Origin: Mycolicibacterium smegmatis
GTDB taxonomy: Bacteria; Actinomycetota; Actinomycetes; Mycobacteriales; Mycobacteriaceae
Length of the DNA stretch: 32,000 nt
Direction of reading: 5' to 3'
Assembly: GCF_001457595.1 (NCBI RefSeq)
Contig: NZ_LN831039.1
Span: 750,001 to 782,000, forward strand
Positions 10,714 through 19,646 of the stretch are shown here, piece after piece. Position 1 is the first letter of the stretch; each line of letters begins with the position of its first letter. The translations under genes and the position numbers were made by a program. Under the pieces are notes generated by a model. It was not told where the DNA came from, made no database searches, and saw only the letters and a list, made by a program, of their open reading frames with translations.

Positions 10714-11724
10714 TTAGTGCTCCAACCGGATCTTGGCCTTGGGATCGAGCGCTTCACGCAGCCCGTCACCGAAGACGTTGAGAGACAGCACCGTGACGAC
10801 GATCATCAGACCGGGGACGATCGTCAGGTGCGGTGCGGTGTAGATGGTCTGGTATCCGTCGGCGATCATCGTGCCCCACGACGCATTCGGCGGACGTACA
10901 CCCGCGCCCAGGAACGACAGCGCCGACTCCAGCAGCATGTTGTTGGCGATGTTCAGCGTGAAGAACACGATGATGGTCGAGACGATGTTGGGCAGCAGTT
11001 CGGTGATCATGATCCGGACCGGTCCCTTGCCCATCGCGACCGCGGCCTCGATGAACTCCTTCTGCCGCAACGCAAGTACCTCGCCGCGGATCGGCCGCGC
11101 CATGTAGGGCACGTAGACACAGCCGATGATGAGGATCGGGATCCACAGTGAATCACCGGCCACGTGGATGACCCCGAGCTTGAATCCGCCGAGCGCCAGC
11201 GCGGTACCGAGCGCGATGCCCAGCAGCAGCACCGGGAACGCCCACATGACGTCCATGATCCGAGACAGCACGGTGTCGATCCAGCCGCGGTAGAAGCCGG
11301 CCAGAAGGCCGATGACCACGGCCAGCACGGTGGTCACCAGCGCGGCGGTCAGACCGATGTAGATCGACGTGCGGCCGCCGTACATCAACCGCACCATCAC
11401 GTCGCGGCCGTTCTGGTCGGCCCCGAGGAGATATCTGCCGTGCAGGCCCGGTCCGATGGGAGTGCCGTCGGGGGAGACCACGTAGGTTTCCACGCCGTCG
11501 ATGAGGACCTGATCGGTGATGTGGTTCTCGTTGGGCAAGGTGTGCGCCACGTGTTCAGACCACAGCGGAGCGGCCAGGCAGAACAGCACGATCAGGATGA
11601 AGACGCCGCCACTGAAGAGCGCAACCTTGTTGCGACGCAACCGCGTCCAGGCGAGATACCAGGGGCTGTGGCCGGTGGCCGGGACGGGCCCGGCCACCGT
11701 GACAGGTTCAGCTACGTCGGTCAT
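10714..11724 (-). CDS. Peptide ABC transporter permease (OppC/DppC-like)
   Basis: LRRNKVALFSGGVFILIVLFCLAAPL...HYLLGADQNGRDVMVRLMYGGRTSIYIG-type DppC motifs; Start MTDVAEPVTV, ATGA overlap with upstream gene. Confidence 0.93.
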   Translation of the reverse strand: MTDVAEPVTVAGPVPATGHSPWYLAWTRLRRNKVALFSGGVFILIVLFCLAAPLWSEHVAHTLPNENHITDQVLIDGVETYVVSPDGTPIGPGLHGRYLLGADQNGRDVMVRLMYGGRTSIYIGLTAALVTTVLAVVIGLLAGFYRGWIDTVLSRIMDVMWAFPVLLLGIALGTALALGGFKLGVIHVAGDSLWIPILIIGCVYVPYMARPIRGEVLALRQKEFIEAAVAMGKGPVRIMITELLPNIVSTIIVFFTLNIANNMLLESALSFLGAGVRPPNASWGTMIADGYQTIYTAPHLTIVPGLMIVVTVLSLNVFGDGLREALDPKAKIRLEH

Positions 11725-13376
11725 TTGAGCGCGAACGACGTGAAGTCCTGGTTGAACAGCACATGGTGGTAGCTCCTGTCGAAGTCCATCCGGTCGGACA
11801 GGAACGTCGCGAGTTGCTCGTTGCCGTACGGCGCCCACACAGCCTGCTCCATGTACGCCCGGTCGAGATCGGCGTAGCCCTTCTTGGTTTCGTCCGTGAG
11901 CTGCTGGGTGAGGAGCTCGTTCATCTTGGCGTCGAGTTCGGGGATGGCCACACGGGAGAAGTTGTTGCCGTTGGTCGGCAGGATGCTCTTCCCGTTGATC
12001 AGTGGCCGGAAGAAGTCGTCCGGATGCGGGAAGTCCTGGAACCAGTCGCCGAACCCGGTGTCGAGATCGGGTGTCGTCTGGTTGCCGATCGTGGTCCAGT
12101 AGACGTCACCGGCAATGACTTTCAGCGTCGCGTTGAAGCCCAGCTGCGTGAGCACGTCGTGGTAGTACTCGCCGATACGCTTGCGGTCGGGTTCGTCGTC
12201 GGTCCACACCGTGATGTCGCGGTCGGCCGGATTGGCCTCGGCGATCAGCTGTTTGGCCTTGTCCATGTCCGGGCCCGGGTACAGCGTGAACTCCTCGTAT
12301 CCGGGCATACCCGGCGGCAGGATCTGCTGCGTGGGGTGCAGGCGCCCACCGAACACGCGGTTGAGCGCTTCCGGATCGATCGCGTAGTTGACGGCCTGAC
12401 GCACGCGGACGTCGTTGAACGGCGCCTGCTGCGTGTTCATCCAGAAGTAGTAGGTGTTGATCGAGTCCTCGAGGCGGAACCGATCACCGAACCGCGCCTT
12501 GACCTCGGGCAGCCGGTCGGCGTCCGGCGGATCGTGCATGAAGTCGGTCTTGTTCTGCTCGATGTCGGTGACCTGCGCGCTGTTGCTCTTGTTCTGCGTG
12601 ACGATGATCTTGTCGACGTGCGCGTCGGCCACCTCGTCGGCGCCCGCGTCCTTGACGGTCTGGAACTGCGGGTTGCGTTCCATGACCAACGTGTGCGGCG
12701 CATCGACGCTCGTGATCGTGAACGGACCGCTGCCCGGTGGCGGGTTGTTCGTGGCGTCGGTGTCCAGCGGCGTGGTGGGCGGAACCGGCGCCGAGAACGG
12801 AAGACCGAGCAGGTTGTCGAACGTGCCGTTGGCCTCGGTGAGGTTGATGGTTATGTCACCGGTGTCATCATTGGTTTGGATGCCAGTGATGGTGTCGGCC
12901 TTGCCTTCTGCGTAGTCGTTGGCACCCACGATGACGCCGAAGAACACCGAGCCGCCCGAGTCGGCCTTGAACAGCCGCTGGATTGCGTACGTGAAATCCG
13001 ATGCCTTGATGGGGGTTCCGTCGGCGTACTTCATGTTCTGCCGCAGCTTGAGCTTGTAGGTCTTGCCGTCCGGTGAGACCTCGGGCATGTCCTCGGCGAG
13101 ACCGGGCGCCACCTCCGCGCCCTCTTCGCCCTTGGCGTGCTTGTACGTCAGCAGCGGGACATAGGTGTTGTACAGGACCTCCCAGCCCTCCATCGTGTAG
13201 GAGAGCTGCGGGTCGACGTAGTCGGGGAACGACGTCATGGTGACGTTGACCTCCCCGCCCTCGTTGGCCGCACCGCTGCTGCCCCCACTACCTCCGCCGC
13301 CCCCGCACGCCGCGACGCCCAGCACTGCGACTGCGGCGACACTGGCGATCTTCAAACACTTGCGCCCAGCGATCAT
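11721..13376 (-). CDS. ABC transporter substrate-binding lipoprotein, family 5 (peptide/nickel type)
   Basis: Lipoprotein signal MIAGRKCLKIASVAAVAVLGVAACGGGG; KTYKLKLRQNMKYADGTPIKASDFTYAIQR is typical of SBP family 5. Confidence 0.93.
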   Translation of the reverse strand: MIAGRKCLKIASVAAVAVLGVAACGGGGGSGGSSGAANEGGEVNVTMTSFPDYVDPQLSYTMEGWEVLYNTYVPLLTYKHAKGEEGAEVAPGLAEDMPEVSPDGKTYKLKLRQNMKYADGTPIKASDFTYAIQRLFKADSGGSVFFGVIVGANDYAEGKADTITGIQTNDDTGDITINLTEANGTFDNLLGLPFSAPVPPTTPLDTDATNNPPPGSGPFTITSVDAPHTLVMERNPQFQTVKDAGADEVADAHVDKIIVTQNKSNSAQVTDIEQNKTDFMHDPPDADRLPEVKARFGDRFRLEDSINTYYFWMNTQQAPFNDVRVRQAVNYAIDPEALNRVFGGRLHPTQQILPPGMPGYEEFTLYPGPDMDKAKQLIAEANPADRDITVWTDDEPDRKRIGEYYHDVLTQLGFNATLKVIAGDVYWTTIGNQTTPDLDTGFGDWFQDFPHPDDFFRPLINGKSILPTNGNNFSRVAIPELDAKMNELLTQQLTDETKKGYADLDRAYMEQAVWAPYGNEQLATFLSDRMDFDRSYHHVLFNQDFTSFALK

Positions 13377-13602
13377 TGATTCCCCTTGATTTCCAAACTT
13401 GGATGCCCCGGATACAGCTCTACGCCATCTGAGTGGGCCGTTGAGCATCTTTCGGGAAAATTCACGGTGCGCAAGTCGAACGACCGAAGTTTCTTCTGTG
13501 TAACTCGAATCTGTGTGTACTAGCTACGGGTCTTGGTGAGCCTGAAGGCGGTTCGCGCTGCGACTATGACGAGAGTGTGACGGTGTGCGCAACATCTGCC
13601 GT

Positions 13603-13654
13603 CCCGGGCCCCTTCCCGGGCCGAGGCGAAGCCCACAACCAGCGGCACTTCGCC
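13603..13654 (+). promoter_or_regulatory. Possible structured 5' leader upstream of cupin gene
   Basis: CCCGGG (13603-13608)/CCCGGG (13615-13620), self-complementary arms with 6-nt loop, followed by GGCGAAG (13625-13631)...CTTCGCC (13648-13654). Confidence 0.35.
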
Positions 13655-13707
13655 CATCTGCGGAGTTGTACGGTTTTCGCCAGGATCTCGACGCTCGGAG
13701 GAGTCAC

Positions 13708-14157
13708 ATGAAACCCACGCACTTGGTCGCCGCCAGCGCCATAAGCGTTGTTATGTCCGGGTTTTTCGCGGCGCCTGCCGTGGCGAGCCCGGCCGAAGGT
13801 GATGTCGAGCGGACCGATCTGGCCGAGGGCACCACGACGACGCCGATCTGGATCGTGACCGCGGGTCAGCCCACCACGCTCACGGTGCAGAGTCTCCTGC
13901 TGCAACCCGGTGCCGGCAGCGGTTGGCATGCGCATCCCGGGCCCGAGCACTCCGTCGTCAACTCGGGTTCGGTGGTGCTGCGCACCGCACCCGGATGCGC
14001 GCCGGTGACCTACGGGACGGGGCAATCGGTGTTCATCCCGGCAGGCGTGCCCCACGAGGTGTCCAACCAGGGATCCGAAGAGGCCGAGGTGGTGGTCACC
14101 TACACCCTGCCGGCAAATGTGCCGGCTCGCGACGACGCTCCTGCGATGTGTCCTTAG
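13708..14157 (+). CDS. Secreted cupin-domain protein
   Basis: Signal peptide MKPTHLVAASAISVVMSGFFAAPAVASP; cupin motif GWHAHPGPEHSVVNSG...GQSVFIPAGVPHEVSNQG; upstream GGAGG. Confidence 0.87.
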   Translation: MKPTHLVAASAISVVMSGFFAAPAVASPAEGDVERTDLAEGTTTTPIWIVTAGQPTTLTVQSLLLQPGAGSGWHAHPGPEHSVVNSGSVVLRTAPGCAPVTYGTGQSVFIPAGVPHEVSNQGSEEAEVVVTYTLPANVPARDDAPAMCP

Positions 14158-14258
14158 CTGGGAGTTTGCGTTTCGTGTCGATCCCCTGCGCTGCGACCCG
14201 CGACGACCGGCAGCGCCGAAATACGCCGTATGCTGCCCGTCCCCGCTAGAGTCACCGT

Positions 14259-15125
14259 GTGCCTCAAATGGATCGTCGCAGTGTGATGTTCATGATGGGT
14301 CTGGGGGTGGCAGCCGCTGCACTTCCCGTCGGGACGGCCGGCGCCGACCCACTCATCGGAGATAACCCGCCCGGTCCCGGGCCCGCCGCGGCAGCCGAGC
14401 CCACCTTCCTGTTCCAGGACGAGTTCAACGGTCCCGCGGGATCGCCGCCGGATCCCGCGTGGTGGTACCTGGTGCCCGCCCGCGAGACCATCAAGAACCC
14501 CGTCGAATGGGACAAGCCGTACAACATGGGGCGGTATGTCACCGACCAGGAACATGCCTTCCAGGACGGCAAGGGCAATCTGGTCATCCGCGCGACGCGG
14601 GGGCCGGGTACCACCATCCAGGAGAAGTACGCCAGTGCCAAGGTGGTCGGCCTGTGGCGCGGTGGCATCGGCACCACCTGGGAAGCCCGCGTCAAGCTGA
14701 ACTGCCTGACCGACGGTGCGTGGCCCGCGTTCTGGCTTCTCAACGACAACCCCGTGCGTGGCGGCGAGGTCGACCTCGTCGAGTGGTACGGCAACCGAGA
14801 CTGGCCGTCGGGCACGACGGTGCACGCCCGCCTCGACGGCACGTCGTTCGCGACCAATCCGCATCCCGTCGACAGCGACTGGCACACCTGGCGCATGTCG
14901 TGGAAACCCGAAGGCATGTACTTCTGGAAGGACTACGCGCCGGGTATGGAGCCGTTCTTCTCGGTTCCCGCGAACTCGTTGCAGGACTGGCCTTTCAACG
15001 ATCCCGGTTACACCATGGTCCCGGTGTTCAACATCGCCGTCGGCGGCTCCGGCGGACGTGAACCCGCCGGAGGCACCTATCCGGCCGAGATGCTGGTCGA
15101 CTGGATCCGGGTGTTCGCCGGCTGA
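14259..15125 (+). CDS. Exported glycoside hydrolase family 16 (beta-1,3-glucanase/laminarinase-like)
   Basis: GH16 catalytic motif GGEVDLVEWYG (ExDxxE), QDEFNGPAG and WHTWRMSWKPEGMYFWKDY; RR-containing signal peptide MDRRSVMFMMGLGVAAAALPVGTAGA. Resembles the M. tuberculosis Rv0315 type. Confidence 0.9.
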   Translation: MPQMDRRSVMFMMGLGVAAAALPVGTAGADPLIGDNPPGPGPAAAAEPTFLFQDEFNGPAGSPPDPAWWYLVPARETIKNPVEWDKPYNMGRYVTDQEHAFQDGKGNLVIRATRGPGTTIQEKYASAKVVGLWRGGIGTTWEARVKLNCLTDGAWPAFWLLNDNPVRGGEVDLVEWYGNRDWPSGTTVHARLDGTSFATNPHPVDSDWHTWRMSWKPEGMYFWKDYAPGMEPFFSVPANSLQDWPFNDPGYTMVPVFNIAVGGSGGREPAGGTYPAEMLVDWIRVFAG

Positions 15126-15144
15126 TACCGCCTTCTGCGCCGAG

Positions 15145-15192
15145 CGTGCGCGCAGGGCGGGAAATCAGCCGAACTCCCGCCCTGAGCGCACG
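15145..15192. terminator. Strong inverted repeat between convergent genes, possible bidirectional terminator
   Basis: CGTGCGC-G-CAGGGCGGGA / AATCAGCCGAAC / TCCCGCCCTG-A-GCGCACG: 17 pairs with one G/A mismatch and 12-nt loop, no U tract. Confidence 0.65.
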
Positions 15193-15225
15193 GTCGGCGG
15201 GTCAGGTGGGCGGCGGGGCACACCA

Positions 15226-16824
15226 TCACACCAAGCGTGACCGGATCCAGCCCGACAATCGTTCGATGGCGTAGACGATCACGAAGATGACGATCACGAT
15301 GGCGCCTGCGACGTCGAAGTTCAGCGTGCGGATCGACTCGAACAACAGGTAGCCCACACCACCCGCGCCGACGATGCCGAGGATGGTCGACGTGCGGACG
15401 TTCACGTCGAACAGGTAGAGGCTCGAACCGACCATGGCAGGCATGGATTGGGGAAGCACCGCGGCGAACAGCGTCTTCCACCATCCGCCGCCCACCGAGC
15501 GGACCGCCTCCATGGGGCCCGGATCGATCTCCTCGACCGCGTCGGCGACGAGTTTCGCGAGAAACCCGATCGATCCGATGGCCAGCGCGCACGTACCGGC
15601 GATGGGCCCGAGGCCCAGGGCCGCGACGAACACGACCGCCAGGATGAGTTCGGGCACGGCGCGCACCACCAGGATCCACGCCCGGGCCGGCCAGTACAGC
15701 GCCGGATGCGGAGTCACGTTGCGTGCGGCCAGGATTCCGGCCGGCAGTGACAGCGCGATGCCGATCGCGGTCGCCACGACACCGATCGCGACGGTCTGCG
15801 CGGCCGCGGTGAACAGGTCGGCGCCCAGTGCGTCGAAGTTGGGCGGCACCATCCTGGTGAAGATGCCGATTGACGGGAACACCCACGTGAACAGTGCCAC
15901 CGGGTTGATCTTGAGGAGCACGAACGCCGCGACGCACGAACCGCCGAGCACGCCCGACAGACCGAACCGCGTGACGCGATCGCGCATTGGGCTCGAGCGC
16001 GCGGGTTCCAGCAGGATCCGCCGAATCGCGATGGCCACCAGTTCCATTCCCGCGATGATCGCGAGGATCACGCACACGATGCCGAGTGCGCGGGGATAGA
16101 TCAGCCCGCGCAACGCGTCCTGCAAGGCGAACCCGATGCCACCGGCGCCGACGAATCCCAGCACCACCGACATGCGCAGGTTGATGTCGATGCGGTAGAC
16201 GAAGGTGGCGATCCACGACGGCACCACCTGGGGAACGACGGCGTTCAGCAGCTCTCGCAAGTAGCCGACACCCGTGCTCCGGACGGCTTCGCGTGGTCCC
16301 GGATCGGTCTGCTCGATCGCGTCGGCGAACACCTTGCCCAGCATGCCGATCGAATGCAGTGCGAGTGCGAGAACACCAGGCAGCACGCCAATTCCGAGCG
16401 CCCGGACGAACAACACCGCGAACAGCAGGTCCGGCATTGCGCGACAGAACGTGATGACCGCGCGCGCCACGGCCTGCACCGCCGGATGCGGTGTCGTGTT
16501 GCGTGCGGCGAGAAATGCCAGCGGAACCGACGCGATCGCCGCGAGGGTGGTGCCGAGCACCGCCATCAACAGGGTCTCGACGGCGAGCATGCCGATGCGC
16601 GCCGGGTCGTCGAGTCGCGGTGGGACCATGCGTCGCAACAGTGCGACGATGTTGTCGCTGCCGTCGATCAGCGCGGTCGGTACGAAATCGATCGCCCACG
16701 CCGAGACGATGGTGGCCAGCACCGCCGCGATCGCGACGACGTGCAGAAGACCGGGAAAGGAAGGCTTTCGGGACTCTGTGGACCGGGACGGCGGGGCGGG
16801 CGGCCGGGTGATCTCGGTGGTCAT
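15226..16824 (-). CDS. phnE: Phosphonate/phosphate ABC transporter permease, two fused PhnE domains
   Basis: Two homologous halves: FLAARNTTPHPA...DPGPREAVRSTG...LGFVGAGGIGF and ILAARNVTPHPA...DPGPMEAVRSVG...LGIVGAGGVGY. Start MTTEITRPP at 16824 overlaps phnC stop. Confidence 0.93.
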   Translation of the reverse strand: MTTEITRPPAPPSRSTESRKPSFPGLLHVVAIAAVLATIVSAWAIDFVPTALIDGSDNIVALLRRMVPPRLDDPARIGMLAVETLLMAVLGTTLAAIASVPLAFLAARNTTPHPAVQAVARAVITFCRAMPDLLFAVLFVRALGIGVLPGVLALALHSIGMLGKVFADAIEQTDPGPREAVRSTGVGYLRELLNAVVPQVVPSWIATFVYRIDINLRMSVVLGFVGAGGIGFALQDALRGLIYPRALGIVCVILAIIAGMELVAIAIRRILLEPARSSPMRDRVTRFGLSGVLGGSCVAAFVLLKINPVALFTWVFPSIGIFTRMVPPNFDALGADLFTAAAQTVAIGVVATAIGIALSLPAGILAARNVTPHPALYWPARAWILVVRAVPELILAVVFVAALGLGPIAGTCALAIGSIGFLAKLVADAVEEIDPGPMEAVRSVGGGWWKTLFAAVLPQSMPAMVGSSLYLFDVNVRTSTILGIVGAGGVGYLLFESIRTLNFDVAGAIVIVIFVIVYAIERLSGWIRSRLV

Positions 16825-17621
16825 ACGCGACGTGCCGGGGTCACGGCGGGGTCGACGCGCTGGTAGACGGCCATGACGTCGTCGCGCGTCATCCCGACGG
16901 CAGGTCGGTCGAGGACTTTGCGGCCACCCTGCAGGCCGACGAGGCGGTGTGCCCAGCCGAGAGCGAGATCGACCTGGTGCAGTGTGCACACCACGGTCAG
17001 CTTTTCCTCGATGCACACGCGGAACAGCAGATCCATGACCACGCCGGCATTTTCGGGATCCAGTGACGCGACCGGTTCGTCGGCGAGCAGCAGGGCGGGC
17101 TTCTGCATCAGCGTGCGCGCGATGGCCACGCGCTGCTGTTGTCCGCCGGAGAGAGTGTCAGCCCGGCGGTCGGCGTAGTCGGCGAGCCCGACACGGTCGA
17201 GGTGGGCCAGTGCCTCCGCCCGCATGTGCCGGGGATAGGTCAGCGCGCCATAGCGCGGCAGGCGCAGCCGGCCCAGCCCGCCGATGAGGACGTTCTCCAG
17301 GCAGCTGAGCCGGCCCACGAGATTGAAGTGCTGGAACACGAACCCGACGCGGCGGCGCAGCGCCCGCAACTGGGCGCCCGAGGCCTGGTCCACACGTGTC
17401 CCGCCGACGTCGACGGTTCCCGAGGTCACCGGATGTAAACCGTTGAGGCAGCGCAGCAGTGTGGATTTGCCCGAGCCGGACAGGCCGAGCAGCACGAGGA
17501 GTTCGCTGCGGTGGACGTCGAGTGACACATGGTCCAGGGCCAGCGTTTCGCCGAAGCGTTTGGTGACGTCGCGCGCGATGACAACGACGTCATCACCCGC
17601 GACGGGGTTCACGGGGGTCAC
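16821..17621 (-). CDS. phnC: Phosphonate/phosphate ABC transporter ATP-binding protein
   Basis: LLGLSGSGKSTLLRCLNGL Walker [34 protein letters not shown]. Confidence 0.95.
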   Translation of the reverse strand: MTPVNPVAGDDVVVIARDVTKRFGETLALDHVSLDVHRSELLVLLGLSGSGKSTLLRCLNGLHPVTSGTVDVGGTRVDQASGAQLRALRRRVGFVFQHFNLVGRLSCLENVLIGGLGRLRLPRYGALTYPRHMRAEALAHLDRVGLADYADRRADTLSGGQQQRVAIARTLMQKPALLLADEPVASLDPENAGVVMDLLFRVCIEEKLTVVCTLHQVDLALGWAHRLVGLQGGRKVLDRPAVGMTRDDVMAVYQRVDPAVTPARRV

Positions 17622-17622
17622 G

Positions 17623-18588
17623 TCAGCCCTTGCACTTCTCGGAGCCCGTCACGTCGCACACATGGCGCACGCCGTCGTAGTCCGCGTCGGTGACCGGCAC
17701 CACGCCCCAGGCCCGCTCATCGGTGATGCGGCATGCGTCACCTTCGCAGAATCCCTCTTCCTCAAAGGATTTGACGTTGGCATCTTGAGCGAACATGGTC
17801 TTGAGCTTGTCGATGACCTCGGGGCCCAACGCGTCGTTGGCGGCGAACACCGAACCGGCGATCATGTCCGATTTCCACACCGTCTTGAGCTGACCGGGTT
17901 TGAGGTCGCCCTTGTCGATCATGGTCTTGTCGACCATGGTGTCGAACGCGAAGCCCGCGTCGCAGTCGCCGTTGGCGATCGCGAGCGCCGAGGAATCATG
18001 CCCGCCTGCGAAGATCGGTGACATCGCGGCGGAGATGTCGGCCTCAGAACCCGACTTGACCACACCTTCCTCGATCAGGCCCGCGGTCGGGTACAAAAAG
18101 CCCGACGTCGACCCCGGATCGACGAAGCACACCTTCTTGCCGGCAAAGTCCTTGAGCCCGTTGATGTTGTCCTCGTCGGCGCGCGCGAGCCCGTAGGACT
18201 GGTAGCCGGGGGCACCGCCCTCGTCCTTGATCACCGCGCCGAGTGGGGTCATCTTGGCTCCGTTGACCCCCGCGACCACGTAGGCGAACGGGCCGAAGAA
18301 CGCGAGGTCGACGTTGCCCGCGATCATGCCCTCGACCACGCCCGCATAGTCGGAGGCCTGGACGAACTCGACCTTGGAGCCCGTCTGCTTCTCCAGCATC
18401 TTGATCAGTGGGTCGTAGCTGGCCTTGAGGTCGCTGGAGTTCTCCGCCGGGATCGCGGCGAGGGTGATCGTCTCGGGGAAGCCCTCGGCGGTGGTGGACT
18501 GCGGCTTGTCGGAGCCCGAACAGGCCGACGCCAGCAGGGCGACGCAGGCCGCCGCTGTGGCGATCTTGTGGTGAGCACGGATCTTCAT
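17623..18588 (-). CDS. phnD: Phosphonate/phosphate ABC transporter substrate-binding lipoprotein
   Basis: MKIRAHHKIATAAACVALLASACSG lipoprotein signal; VEFVQASDYAGVVEGMIAGNVDLAFFGPFAYV and VDPGSTSGFLYPTAGL are PhnD-family signatures. Confidence 0.95.
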   Translation of the reverse strand: MKIRAHHKIATAAACVALLASACSGSDKPQSTTAEGFPETITLAAIPAENSSDLKASYDPLIKMLEKQTGSKVEFVQASDYAGVVEGMIAGNVDLAFFGPFAYVVAGVNGAKMTPLGAVIKDEGGAPGYQSYGLARADEDNINGLKDFAGKKVCFVDPGSTSGFLYPTAGLIEEGVVKSGSEADISAAMSPIFAGGHDSSALAIANGDCDAGFAFDTMVDKTMIDKGDLKPGQLKTVWKSDMIAGSVFAANDALGPEVIDKLKTMFAQDANVKSFEEEGFCEGDACRITDERAWGVVPVTDADYDGVRHVCDVTGSEKCKG

Positions 18589-18672
18589 GTCGCGCAGAAC
18601 CTTTCGAAAGGCGGGCAAGTCAGAGGGAGGCACTCTTCGGTATGTCCGGCCTCGTCCACACACCTTGTGGGG

Positions 18673-18684
18673 TGGTCTATACCA
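18673..18684. promoter_or_regulatory. PhnF operator 1 (TGGTATAGACCA on minus strand)
   Basis: TGGTCTATACCA on plus strand; identical sequence recurs at 18731-18742. Matches the recalled PhnF box from M. smegmatis. Confidence 0.85.
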
Positions 18685-18698
18685 ACGGGTGCATCTCG

Positions 18699-18716
18699 GG
18701 AAAACGGAAGGTGAAC
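18699..18716 (-). promoter_or_regulatory. RegX3-like direct repeat (GTTCACC-N4-GTTTTCC on minus strand)
   Basis: GGTGAAC at 18710-18716 and GGAAAAC at 18699-18705 (plus strand), 11-bp period; position between the two PhnF boxes upstream of phnD. Confidence 0.5.
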
Positions 18717-18730
18717 AAGCGAATACGTCT

Positions 18731-18742
18731 TGGTCTATACCA
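18731..18742. promoter_or_regulatory. PhnF operator 2 (TGGTATAGACCA on minus strand)
   Basis: TGGTCTATACCA, second identical 12-mer, 58 bp from the first. Confidence 0.85.
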
Positions 18743-18788
18743 GCGGACGGCCGTCTGACGAGGCTCGGCTGTGTATTACGTTGGCCCC

Positions 18789-19523
18789 GTGACAGCGGGC
18801 GCGGCGCCACGGATCCTCAAGCATCAGGTCGTTCGTGCCGAACTGGACCGCATGCTCGACGGTATGCGCATCGGGGATCCCTTCCCCGCCGAGCGGGAGA
18901 TCGCCGAGCAGTTCGAGGTGGCCAGGGAGACCGTCAGGCAGGCGCTGCGTGAACTGCTCATCGACGGCCGGGTGGAGCGGCGCGGCCGCACGACCGTGGT
19001 GGCCCGGCCCAAGATCAGACAACCCCTCGGCATGGGCTCCTATACCGAGGCGGCCAAGGCCCAGGGATTGAGTGCGGGCCGCATCCTGGTCGCGTGGAGT
19101 GACCTGACCGCCGACGAGGTGCTCGCCGGCGTGCTCGGTGTCGACGTCGGGGCGCCGGTCCTGCAGTTGGAGCGTGTGCTCACCACCGATGGCGTGCGTG
19201 TCGGTCTGGAAACCACCAAACTGCCCGCGCAGCGGTACCCCGGCTTGCGGGAGACGTTCGACCACGAGGCGTCGCTGTACGCCGAGATCCGCAGCCGTGG
19301 GATCGCCTTCACGCGGACGGTCGACACGATCGACACGGCGCTCCCGGACGCGCGGGAAGCGGCCCTTCTCGGGGCCGACGCGCGCACTCCCATGTTCCTG
19401 CTCAACCGGGTGTCCTACGACCAGGACGACGTTGCCATCGAGCAACGGCGCTCGCTGTATCGCGGCGATCGGATGACGTTCACGGCCGTCATGCACGCTA
19501 AGAATTCCGCAATCGTTTCGTGA
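18789..19523 (+). CDS. phnF: GntR-family (HutC/UTRA) transcriptional regulator
   Basis: PFPAEREIAEQFEVARETVRQALRELLIDGRVERRGRTTVV winged HTH and C-terminal UTRA domain; divergent from phnDCE. Track start 18771; GTG at 18789 is an alternative. Confidence 0.9.
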   Translation: MTAGAAPRILKHQVVRAELDRMLDGMRIGDPFPAEREIAEQFEVARETVRQALRELLIDGRVERRGRTTVVARPKIRQPLGMGSYTEAAKAQGLSAGRILVAWSDLTADEVLAGVLGVDVGAPVLQLERVLTTDGVRVGLETTKLPAQRYPGLRETFDHEASLYAEIRSRGIAFTRTVDTIDTALPDAREAALLGADARTPMFLLNRVSYDQDDVAIEQRRSLYRGDRMTFTAVMHAKNSAIVS

Positions 19524-19646
19524 TCGATTTGTTACTTTTGACCAGCGGAAACACCGGATTCTTGATATTGGCAAAACTCTAAGAGAATTCTCAGAACCGC
19601 CAGGGCGTTGCTGACCTGCGGTTTTGGTCCCCGTATCGTGCTGCGC

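Noticed and set aside
15077-16699. 540-aa minus-strand ORF
   Set aside because: Alternative frame over phnE; Arg/Gly-rich with no motifs, while the phnE frame has strong family signatures.
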